A stretch of DNA of 64,000 bases from Candidatus Komeilibacteria bacterium RIFOXYD1_FULL_37_29 (lineage in GTDB: Bacteria > Patescibacteriota > Patescibacteriia > UBA1558 > GWA2-36-10). Where the stretch lies: contig MHKS01000005.1 of assembly GCA_001818495.1 (NCBI GenBank), positions 180,188 to 244,187 of the forward strand, in the 5' to 3' direction. Shown here in pieces: positions 17,887-26,698 of this stretch. Position 1 is the stretch's first letter. Each line of letters opens with the position of its first letter. A program made the translations under genes and the position numbers. Below the pieces are notes generated by a model. That model saw only the letters and a program-made list of their open reading frames with translations. It was not told the DNA's origin and made no database searches.

Positions 17887-20814
17887 ATGATAGATTTTAA
17901 GAAACAAGAAAAAGAAATACTGGATTTTTGGTATAAGAAGAAAATTTTTCAAAAATCAATTGCCAAAGATGCTCCACACGGTGATTATCTTTTTTATGAT
18001 GGTCCGCCTTTTGCGACTGGTACACCGCACTACGGGCATCTGGTGGCTTCTATTATGAAAGATGTGGTGCCTAGATACTTTACTATGCAGGGTTATCGGG
18101 TAGAGAGAAAATGGGGCTGGGATGTGCACGGTTTGCCCATTGAAAATATTGTTGAACGTGATTTGGGCTTTGCTACTAAAAAAGATATTGAAAAATACGG
18201 CATTGATAAATTTAATGAAGAGTGTCGCTCTCGGGTAATGAAGTATGCTGATGCCTGGAAGGGTACTATTCGCCGTTTGGGTCGTTGGGTTGATATGGAC
18301 AATGATTATAAGACCATGGATCCGGAATTTATGGAAACCATTTGGTGGGTTTTTAAGGAGCTGTGGAATAAAGGTTTAATTTATGAAGATTATCGCTCCA
18401 TGCATATTTGTCCTAGGTGTGAGACTACTTTATCGCAATCAGAAGTAACCGAAGGTTATAAAGATATCAAGGATTTATCGGTTATAGCTAAATTTCATTT
18501 AAAGCCCGGACAAAAGTGGGCTGATGGCAAATACGAAACCAAAGAGTCAGTTTATATTTTGGCTTGGACAACCACTCCATGGACTTTGATTGGTAATGTG
18601 GCTTTAGCAGTTGGTCAGGATATTAAGTACACAGCTTTAAGGATAAATGGTATCAAGGAACTTTTAATTGTAGCTAGTGAGCGTGTTAAGGAGATTTTTA
18701 AAGATAACAAGCTGGAGATTGTTCATGATGATATTACGGGAAAAGATCTTATAGGTTTAGCCTATGAGCCATTGTTTGATTATTATAATAACGACAGTTT
18801 AGAAAATAGAGCCAATGCTTGGCAGGTTTATAGCGCTGATTTTGTCACGACCGAAGAAGGAACGGGCATTGTTCATATGGCGCCAGCCTTTGGAGAAGAC
18901 GATATGAAGCTAGGTAAGCAAAACAATTTGCCTTTTATCCAACATGTGGCGATGGATGGCACAATCGATAAAGAAGCCAAGGATTTTGCCGGCTTAAATG
19001 TCAAACCCAAAGGTGATCATCAGGCCACTGATGTGGAGATTGTAAAATATTTGGCTAAACATGGACTATTATTTGCCAAAGAAAAATATGAGCACAGCTA
19101 TCCACATTGTTGGCGCTGTGATACACCGCTTTTAAACTATGCCACTTCATCTTGGTTTGTTAATGTTTTAAAAATTAAGAGTAAATTACTCAAAAACGCC
19201 CAAAAGATTAATTGGGTGCCGGAGCATATCAAGGCTGGTCGTTTTGGTAAATGGCTGGAAGGGGCTCGGGATTGGTCTATATCGCGTCAAAGATTTTGGG
19301 GGTCAGTTATTCCTTTGTGGATTTGTGACAAGTGCGACAAAAAAGTAGTAGTCGGCTCAGTCAAAGAGCTCAAAGATTTATCTGGGGTGGAAGTAAAAGA
19401 TTTACATAAACATATAGTAGATAAAGTCACTTTTAAGTGTGCTTGTGGTGGCACTATGAAACGCATTCCCGATGTTTTGGATTGTTGGTTTGAGTCAGGC
19501 TCTATGCCTTATGCCCAGTCTCATTATCCTTTTAAGGGTGCTAAAGATTTTGATCAGAAATTTCCCGCTAAATTTATCGCCGAGGGGTCTGATCAGACCA
19601 GAGCTTGGTTTTATTATCTACATGTTATTGCCGGTGGACTAAAAAATAGCCGAGCTTTTGATAATTGTATTGTCAATGGTATTGTCTTGGCCGAAGACGG
19701 CAAAAAAATGAGTAAGCGGCTAAATAATTATCCCGAGCCAGATTTGATCATGGAGCAGTACGGCGCTGATGCTTTGAGGATGTACTTATTATCATCTCCG
19801 GTCATGCTGGCGGAAAATTTTTCTTTTACTGAAAAAGATTTACAGACGGTTTATCGTCGCTATATCGTAATACTACAAAATGTTTTAAATTTTTATCTGA
19901 TGTTTTCCGGAGCCAAGAAACTCCAAGGAGATAAACCAAAAAAATTGGACAATGATTTGGACAAGTGGATAGTCAGTCGATTGGTTACACTGGAGCAAGA
20001 AGTATCAACCGAGATGGCCAATTATAATTTGGTCAAACCCACTAGAGCGATTTTCGATTTTGTTGATGGTTTGTCTACTTGGTATGTCAGACGCTCTCGC
20101 GATCGTTTCAAAGACGGCGACCAGCAGGCAGTAGCCACTTTGGCTTATGTCTTAAAAGAATTATCCAAAATCACTGCGCCATTTTCTCCACTGACGGCCG
20201 AAGTTATTTATGCAGAGTTTGATAATGACCACGAATCAGTCCATTTGGAAGAGTGGAAAAAATTGGACAAGAAGCTGGTTAATCAGGAAGTTTTAAAACA
20301 GATGGATAGTGTTAAAGAAATTGCTGAAAAAGCTCATGCCCTGCGGGCTAAGTCGGGTTTAAAAGTCCGCCAGCCTTTGGCTCGGGTAGAGATTTTGGCC
20401 AAGGATCTAAAATTAGCTGATAGTTATATAGAGATATTAAAAGACGAATTAAATGTAGAAAGTGTTGGATTGGTGAAAGAATTAAATATTTCATCTGGCT
20501 GGATGGTTGATGAAAATAAAACAATATCTTTGGATACCAATTTAACTGACGAACTTAAAGATAAGGGAATAGTCAGAGAGCTGATCAGATCTATCAATGC
20601 TTTGAGAAAAGAAGCTGGTCTTAAACCTTCTGATCGGCCGACAGAAATCTATAGTACTAATTCAGAGCAGCTTAAAACCATTATTGCTAAATATAAAGAA
20701 GAATTGATTACTAGCACTTCGGCCGGAGATTTTGTAGAGGAAAATATTAAGACAAAGTTTAGTCAAACAATAAAAATAAATGACGAGGAAATTATTTTAG
20801 GATTAAAGATATAA
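17887..20814 (+). CDS. ileS: Isoleucine--tRNA ligase, type 2
   Basis: DGPPFATGTPHYGH, WTTTPWTL, DWSISRQRFWG, KMSKR. Confidence 0.97.
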   Translation: MIDFKKQEKEILDFWYKKKIFQKSIAKDAPHGDYLFYDGPPFATGTPHYGHLVASIMKDVVPRYFTMQGYRVERKWGWDVHGLPIENIVERDLGFATKKDIEKYGIDKFNEECRSRVMKYADAWKGTIRRLGRWVDMDNDYKTMDPEFMETIWWVFKELWNKGLIYEDYRSMHICPRCETTLSQSEVTEGYKDIKDLSVIAKFHLKPGQKWADGKYETKESVYILAWTTTPWTLIGNVALAVGQDIKYTALRINGIKELLIVASERVKEIFKDNKLEIVHDDITGKDLIGLAYEPLFDYYNNDSLENRANAWQVYSADFVTTEEGTGIVHMAPAFGEDDMKLGKQNNLPFIQHVAMDGTIDKEAKDFAGLNVKPKGDHQATDVEIVKYLAKHGLLFAKEKYEHSYPHCWRCDTPLLNYATSSWFVNVLKIKSKLLKNAQKINWVPEHIKAGRFGKWLEGARDWSISRQRFWGSVIPLWICDKCDKKVVVGSVKELKDLSGVEVKDLHKHIVDKVTFKCACGGTMKRIPDVLDCWFESGSMPYAQSHYPFKGAKDFDQKFPAKFIAEGSDQTRAWFYYLHVIAGGLKNSRAFDNCIVNGIVLAEDGKKMSKRLNNYPEPDLIMEQYGADALRMYLLSSPVMLAENFSFTEKDLQTVYRRYIVILQNVLNFYLMFSGAKKLQGDKPKKLDNDLDKWIVSRLVTLEQEVSTEMANYNLVKPTRAIFDFVDGLSTWYVRRSRDRFKDGDQQAVATLAYVLKELSKITAPFSPLTAEVIYAEFDNDHESVHLEEWKKLDKKLVNQEVLKQMDSVKEIAEKAHALRAKSGLKVRQPLARVEILAKDLKLADSYIEILKDELNVESVGLVKELNISSGWMVDENKTISLDTNLTDELKDKGIVRELIRSINALRKEAGLKPSDRPTEIYSTNSEQLKTIIAKYKEELITSTSAGDFVEENIKTKFSQTIKINDEEIILGLKI

Positions 20815-20815
20815 A

Positions 20816-21514
20816 ATGGCTTTTAAGACCGAAGCATTCGTACTTAGATGTCGGCCCTTTGTAGAAGCGGATAGGATCTATGATCTTTTTACTCCGCAAG
20901 AGGGAGTGATTTCGGTCTTACTTCGTTCGGCGGCCACTTCTCGTAGTAAATTGGCCGGACACCTGATGCCCTTTAATAAAGTCAGAGTTATGATTGGTCG
21001 GGGTAAGATGGACCATATGGCCGGAGTGGAAGTTGTGGAAAATTATAGTAATTTGAGGCAGGATTTAAAAAGTATGTCCTTGGCGGCATCGGTGGTAGAA
21101 TTATTTTTGGCTGATCGGTCCATGGGACAAAAATTTAGAGAGTTTTCCTTGCTAGAGCACATTTTTACTATTTTGGATCATCCGGGAATCGTTATGAATA
21201 AAAAAATGATATTGGTGCGGGCCTTTCTGTGGAAATATTTGTCGATGGCCGGTTGGCAGCCGCATTTTCGGTCTGAGCAGGATCAGACCAATGGTGGTAT
21301 AATGTATATGGAGCACGATCATAGTAAATCCATAAAGATCAGCAGTGAACTTTTTGATTTTTTACAATTTATTATCAAATCTGATTGGCCACAGTTGATT
21401 AATTTGTCCATTGATGCCAATTTAAATAAAGAGTGGTTAAAAATTTCCCAAATATATTATCAAGCAGTCTTTGAGCAACCTTCTAAATCTTTAAAATTAT
21501 TTATCTACGGTTAA
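20816..21514 (+). CDS. recO: DNA repair protein RecO
   Basis: TEAFVLR..PFVEADRIYDLFT..G...SKLAGHL N-terminal OB fold. Confidence 0.8.
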   Translation: MAFKTEAFVLRCRPFVEADRIYDLFTPQEGVISVLLRSAATSRSKLAGHLMPFNKVRVMIGRGKMDHMAGVEVVENYSNLRQDLKSMSLAASVVELFLADRSMGQKFREFSLLEHIFTILDHPGIVMNKKMILVRAFLWKYLSMAGWQPHFRSEQDQTNGGIMYMEHDHSKSIKISSELFDFLQFIIKSDWPQLINLSIDANLNKEWLKISQIYYQAVFEQPSKSLKLFIYG

Positions 21515-21524
21515 AATAAAAAAT

Positions 21525-23372
21525 ATGGCCAAAATAAAAAAAAGAAATTTGGACTCAGTAAAAAGAGCTCCCGTCAGCAAACTAACCTATGAGTTGCCAT
21601 CCCTTAATCTAAGTCGAAGGGATGTACCCAAGGAATACCAAACGTTTCAAAAAGCCCGCAAAGGTAAGGGGTCAGCTTTGTGGTTTGTCTTTTTACTTTT
21701 TATAGCCACGGTGGCTGGTTTTTGGTTTTTTTCCAAACAAGGTCAAGAACAAGCTAATAATAGTGTAGAGTTAAAAGTAGCCGGTCCCAAAGAAATCATT
21801 TCGGGAGATCAGGTTAGCTATCAAGTAACTTATAAAAATATTGATATTGTCAGCATGCAGCAGATGGAGCTGTCTATTCGCTGGCCGAGTGGTTTTTATT
21901 TTGACAGCGCCACCATTGCCCCGATTGATGAAAATGCTACTACTTGGCTCTTGGAAGATCTATCGCCAAATCAAGAAGTGAAGTTGGAAATCAGTGGTCA
22001 ATTAGTTGGTCAAAAAGACGAACAGTTATCCGTGGCCTTTACTTTGTCTTATCAGCCGGAAAATTTTCATTCAGATTTTAAAGCCAAGACCAATGTAGAT
22101 ACCAAAATATCTGACGCCAAACTGGAAGTGCAGGTTCAAGTAGTAGACAAAATTTTGGTGGCTACTAATCAAGAGATAAAAATTGATTTCAAGAATTTAA
22201 GCCAAGAAAATTTGGAAGGTTTGTATATTGATGTTTTGTATCCGGATGATTTTGAGATGGCCCCATTAGTTAAAGAAGAAACCGCAGAAACTATAGAAGA
22301 AGAAAATACAGCTACTACCACCGAGGACTTTGTCATTGAGGGAGAATATTTTAAAGTTAATTTAGAAGGTGGACAAACCAAAACTATGTTGGTCAACGGA
22401 TTTTTTACAGTTGATTCCAAAACTGAGCAACTCTTAGTAGTGGAGATGGGTAATATGGTCAATGATAAATTTAGAAGACTAGCTAGAGTAGAAAAACCAA
22501 TTATGGTAATTAGTCCCAAGTTTGAAATGGATTTCCAAATAAATGGTCAAAGCGGGGCACAGCCAATTAATTGGTCAGATACTTTAAGGTATCAATTGGA
22601 AATAACCAATCGCAGTGAAAGTGAAGTAGCCGACGTGGTAGTTTCAGCAGTCATGGATAGTGCGGCATTAGATATAGACAGTTTAGAAACCATTGGTAAA
22701 TATAATGAAGGAAAAATTATTTGGACCAAAGAAGAAAATGAACAATTGGCCACATGGCCAGCCGGCGAATCTAGAATTTTTACTTGGCAAGTTGATGTAG
22801 TAGGCGATCCACAACCGGAGCGAACAGTGGAAAATATTATTCAGATAAATATCGAAGGATTGGGAGATTGGGAGCAGGTTTCTTCACCTATACTTTTGAC
22901 GATTGGTGAGAGTATTGGTTTTAATAATGGTGTTTATTGGGATTTGGGCGGTCGGCGAGTCGGTTCAGGGCTTTTACCACCACAGGTTGGGGAAGCTACG
23001 GAATATTTGGTGATTTGGTCACTGCCCCAAGCGACTGGAGTTTTTGATAGTGTGACAGTAGCTACCAATTTGCCACCCCAAGTTGATTTTATTTCCGAAC
23101 TTGATATACAGGATGGCATTTTGGAATTTGATTTAGCGGAACGCAGTCTTACTTGGGCAATGGATGAGTTTAATAATTCTCTTTTACCAATCACCGCTTC
23201 TTTTATGGTCAGACTGACTCCTGATGAAGCTAGTCGTGGTCAGGCCATGACTATCTTAAATGCTACGACTGTTAGTGCTAGTGGTATGGAAGATGTGATT
23301 GTCCGTTCTAAGGCCATCAAAACATCAGATGTAATATCAGGCAGCAGTAGTCCGATTGGTATTGTGGAATAG
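21525..23372 (+). CDS. Single-TM surface protein with repeated Ig-like (DUF11-like) domains
   Basis: TM near residue 55; GDQVSYQVTYKN repeats; GSGLLPPQVGEATEY. Confidence 0.7.
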   Translation: MAKIKKRNLDSVKRAPVSKLTYELPSLNLSRRDVPKEYQTFQKARKGKGSALWFVFLLFIATVAGFWFFSKQGQEQANNSVELKVAGPKEIISGDQVSYQVTYKNIDIVSMQQMELSIRWPSGFYFDSATIAPIDENATTWLLEDLSPNQEVKLEISGQLVGQKDEQLSVAFTLSYQPENFHSDFKAKTNVDTKISDAKLEVQVQVVDKILVATNQEIKIDFKNLSQENLEGLYIDVLYPDDFEMAPLVKEETAETIEEENTATTTEDFVIEGEYFKVNLEGGQTKTMLVNGFFTVDSKTEQLLVVEMGNMVNDKFRRLARVEKPIMVISPKFEMDFQINGQSGAQPINWSDTLRYQLEITNRSESEVADVVVSAVMDSAALDIDSLETIGKYNEGKIIWTKEENEQLATWPAGESRIFTWQVDVVGDPQPERTVENIIQINIEGLGDWEQVSSPILLTIGESIGFNNGVYWDLGGRRVGSGLLPPQVGEATEYLVIWSLPQATGVFDSVTVATNLPPQVDFISELDIQDGILEFDLAERSLTWAMDEFNNSLLPITASFMVRLTPDEASRGQAMTILNATTVSASGMEDVIVRSKAIKTSDVISGSSSPIGIVE

Positions 23373-23374
23373 TT

Positions 23375-24481
23375 ATGTTTGAGCTTTTAAAAAAATCTAA
23401 AAAATCTAAAGCTAGATTAGGGGTATTAAACACTGCTCGAGGCAAAGTGGATACTCCTTTTTTTATGCCCATAGCTACCAAAGCCGCTATCAAGTCTATG
23501 GAGGCGTCAGAAGTAAAAAATTTAGGAGCACAGATTATTTTGTCCAATACTTATCACAATTTACTTCGCCCCGGTTTGGATGTGATCAAAAAATTTGGTG
23601 GTTTACATAAATTCATGGATAGCGATTTACCGATTTTGACCGACAGTGGTGGTTATCAGGTTTTTTCTTTAGCAAAACTCAGAAAAATAATCGGTAATGA
23701 TATAAAATTTCAGTCCCACATCGATGGCTCAACTCATATTTTAAATCCGCGGCGAGTGATTGATATTCAAGTAGTCTTGGGTAGCGATATTATGATGGTT
23801 TTAGATGAATGTGTTGGTTTGCCGACAACATGGGACAAGGCGCTCGAAGCACTAGAGAGAACTAGTCGGTGGGCCCAGCTGGCGGTGGATTATAAAAATA
23901 AATTAAATAAAAAATCTACTAAAATAAAAAAACAACTAATCTTTGGCATTGTGCAGGGGGCTGATTTTAAAGATTTGCGTTTGCGCTCAGCTAAAGAGCT
24001 GGTGGCTATGAATTTTGATGGCTATGCTATTGGTGGTTTGGCGGTGGGCGAAACAGCCAAAGTTATGTATCAAGTTTTGGATTATACAGTTGACCAGTTG
24101 CCAGAAAACAAAGCTCGCTATCTGATGGGAGTGGGTTATCCCGAAAATATTATTGAGGCAGTGAAGCGTGGTATTGATATGTTTGACTGTGTCATCCCAA
24201 CGCGGGAAGCGCGGCATGGTAAATTGTATATTTGGCGAACTCAGCCAAATGTTTCTAAGAAGAATTTTTATACTACTATCAATATTAATAATGCCAAATT
24301 TAGGAAGGATAAGACACCGATAAATAATACCACTTTAAAAAATTATTCCCGGGCGTATCTTCACCATTTATTTAAAACTGGCGAGCCACTGAGTCTAAAG
24401 CTAGCTACCTTAAACAATTTAGAGTTTTATTTGACTCTGATGGCCCAAATCAGACAGGCTATCAGAGCTAATAAATTGTAA
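23375..24481 (+). CDS. tgt: tRNA-guanine transglycosylase
   Basis: [53 protein letters not shown]. Confidence 0.95.
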   Translation: [368 protein letters not shown]

Positions 24482-24597
24482 TTATTGGTTTAGTGTTGTT
24501 ATTTATTTTGTGAAGATAGTAATTTAATAATAACAACAATCTATGTTATAATAATAGTGAAATTTGTTATATATAGTATATCTAATAATTTACCTAT

Positions 24598-25392
24598 ATG
24601 AATATGGGTTTTATAAAAAATAAGCAGGCGTTTACTCTGATTCAACTTATTGTGAGCGTGTCTATTATTTTGATATTAGCGGCTATAGTTTTATTTGGTG
24701 AAGATGCTATTTCCAGAAGAGGTAAGGCCAAAGATGTTAGGCGCTCGCAGGATGTGATGGCTTTGGGCCAAGCTGTAGAGCTCTATCAAAATGATAATAA
24801 TGTTTTGCCACCAGATTTAGCAGCCGCCATAAATATTGGTACTAATCAAAAATTTGTCTTATGCTCAGCGGCTATCAATCGAACCTGCGATGGGCAGATT
24901 AGAAGTTGTTTGGTGCTTGATGATAAGGATTTTTTAAATGGTTATTTAAAAGGATCTTTGCCAATTGATCCGGAGAAAACAGCTACTACTGATACGGGTT
25001 ATTATATTGCTCGAAATGGTGATCAAATGGTTTTTGGTGCCTGCAGTAGCTATAGCGGTGGGGATATTGAATATGTGGCTAGAGCCAAGGTACCGGCTCA
25101 ATGCGGTAATAGCATCATAGAAGATGATGAGGTTTGTGATGATGGTGATACGGTGACAGAAGGATGCGCTAGTGGTACTCTAGACACAGCTGGCACACAT
25201 TGCAATAGCACTTGTACGGCAGTTGTTACCTTGGGGTCTACTGAGCCCTGTGATTATGGTGCCTGGAGTAACGATTGTAAGTATGGTGGTATAAATTATA
25301 CTACTAGCGATGTTGGTGGGCCAAGCTACTGTAATATCACTTGTACCGTTGAACAGTCCTGGGGTATTACTTGTGAAAGTATTGGGTCATAA
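24598..25392 (+). CDS. Type IV pilin-like protein with Cys-rich C-terminal extension
   Basis: KQA|FTLIQLIVSV prepilin-like site, LPIDP...TGYYI, CGNSIIEDDEVCDDG. Confidence 0.8.
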   Translation: MNMGFIKNKQAFTLIQLIVSVSIILILAAIVLFGEDAISRRGKAKDVRRSQDVMALGQAVELYQNDNNVLPPDLAAAINIGTNQKFVLCSAAINRTCDGQIRSCLVLDDKDFLNGYLKGSLPIDPEKTATTDTGYYIARNGDQMVFGACSSYSGGDIEYVARAKVPAQCGNSIIEDDEVCDDGDTVTEGCASGTLDTAGTHCNSTCTAVVTLGSTEPCDYGAWSNDCKYGGINYTTSDVGGPSYCNITCTVEQSWGITCESIGS

Positions 25393-25415
25393 AATATATT
25401 AAATTATTTAAATTA

Positions 25416-26294
25416 GTGTTTAATAATACAATAAAAAATAATTTTTTGCTAAATAATCATCGTGGATTTACTCTAATGGAATTGATAGTGGCTATATTAG
25501 TAGTAGCTGTGCTGTTGGCTGTTGTTTATAGAGCAGTTAATCCAGAAAAAAGGATAGTGGATACTAAAAATGCTGTGCGTTTGCAGGAGGCTTCAGCTAT
25601 TGAAAAGGCTATTAAATCCGCTTTAATAAGTGGTACCGATGCTCCCGCTTCTTTGACTAATGTAACGGCCAACACCTATTATTCACTTATATCAAACGGC
25701 GGTACTCCTGGTACTTATGCTTGTAGTCAATTGGGCCAAACTATCAATACTTTAGATATTGCTTCTACTGTTACGCCATTTCTAGGCGGGGCTTTACCGG
25801 TCGACCCCGATATCACCAGCGGAATTAATACCGGGTATTACTTAATCCGGCGGGGAAATTTATTTGATGTCGGCTATTGTAATTGGTCTATTGAAGTGAC
25901 TTGTGGCGATAGTATTTGTAGTGCCTCAGAAACTTGTAGTAGTTGTGCTACTGATTGTGGTTCTTGTAGTCAAGCACCAATTGTGTCTGACGCCGGCAGG
26001 GTACCTATCCATAATCAAATAGGTGTAGCGATGGGTGGTATATTAAGTTGGACTGCTTGGACTAAGCCGGGTGGTGGCACAGTAGAATATTATGTTACTC
26101 TCTATATAGGTACTAGTGATTGTACTGGGACATTATATCAAACGCCTACTTGGTCAACCGATACTTCTTTTAATCCAAGTGGTTTTATGCATGCAGAAAC
26201 TCTGTATTCTTGGCAGCTTAAAGCTAGGACTCAGGGCGAAAATGATGATACAGCCTATAACACCTGCTATGAATTTTTTACAGAAACTCTCTAA
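25416..26294 (+). CDS. Type IV pilin-like protein with Cys-rich linker and FN3/Ig-like C-terminus
   Basis: RG|FTLMELIVAI, LPVDP...TGYYL, CGDSICSASETCSSCATDCGSC, LSWT...YSWQLKA. Confidence 0.82.
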   Translation: MFNNTIKNNFLLNNHRGFTLMELIVAILVVAVLLAVVYRAVNPEKRIVDTKNAVRLQEASAIEKAIKSALISGTDAPASLTNVTANTYYSLISNGGTPGTYACSQLGQTINTLDIASTVTPFLGGALPVDPDITSGINTGYYLIRRGNLFDVGYCNWSIEVTCGDSICSASETCSSCATDCGSCSQAPIVSDAGRVPIHNQIGVAMGGILSWTAWTKPGGGTVEYYVTLYIGTSDCTGTLYQTPTWSTDTSFNPSGFMHAETLYSWQLKARTQGENDDTAYNTCYEFFTETL

Positions 26295-26317
26295 TGGTAG
26301 TTGAATAATTTTAAACA

Positions 26318-26698
26318 ATGACACAAAACGTAGTAATACAAGCTATTAAAATTTTACTGATAGATTTAATCGGCGAAATTCTTTATTTTCCCCTTTGGTG
26401 GTATACCAAAGGGTTGACCAAGATGTTCGCTTATGTTTTTGAGTCTATCAGAAATACCAATCGCAATTTGGCAGTCGGATTGATGTTTAAAAATCTTTTC
26501 AAGCCGATGTTTGGCCAATATGATAGAGAAGGAAGAATCATCAGTTTTTTCTTTCGAATACTTTTGACTTTTTCCAGGGCTATTATTTTTGTATTGCTCG
26601 TAATTTTATATTTATTAGTGATAATTTTTTGGTTGTTTTTGCCAGTAGCAGTTTGCTGGGGTATTTTTAATAATTTTAGCAGTCTATGGAAAGTTTAA
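26318..26698 (+). CDS. Conserved hypothetical membrane protein overlapping the Clp ATPase start
   Basis: YFPLWWYTKG...NLFKPMFGQYDREGRIISFFFR; overlaps the next gene. Confidence 0.75.
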   Translation: MTQNVVIQAIKILLIDLIGEILYFPLWWYTKGLTKMFAYVFESIRNTNRNLAVGLMFKNLFKPMFGQYDREGRIISFFFRILLTFSRAIIFVLLVILYLLVIIFWLFLPVAVCWGIFNNFSSLWKV

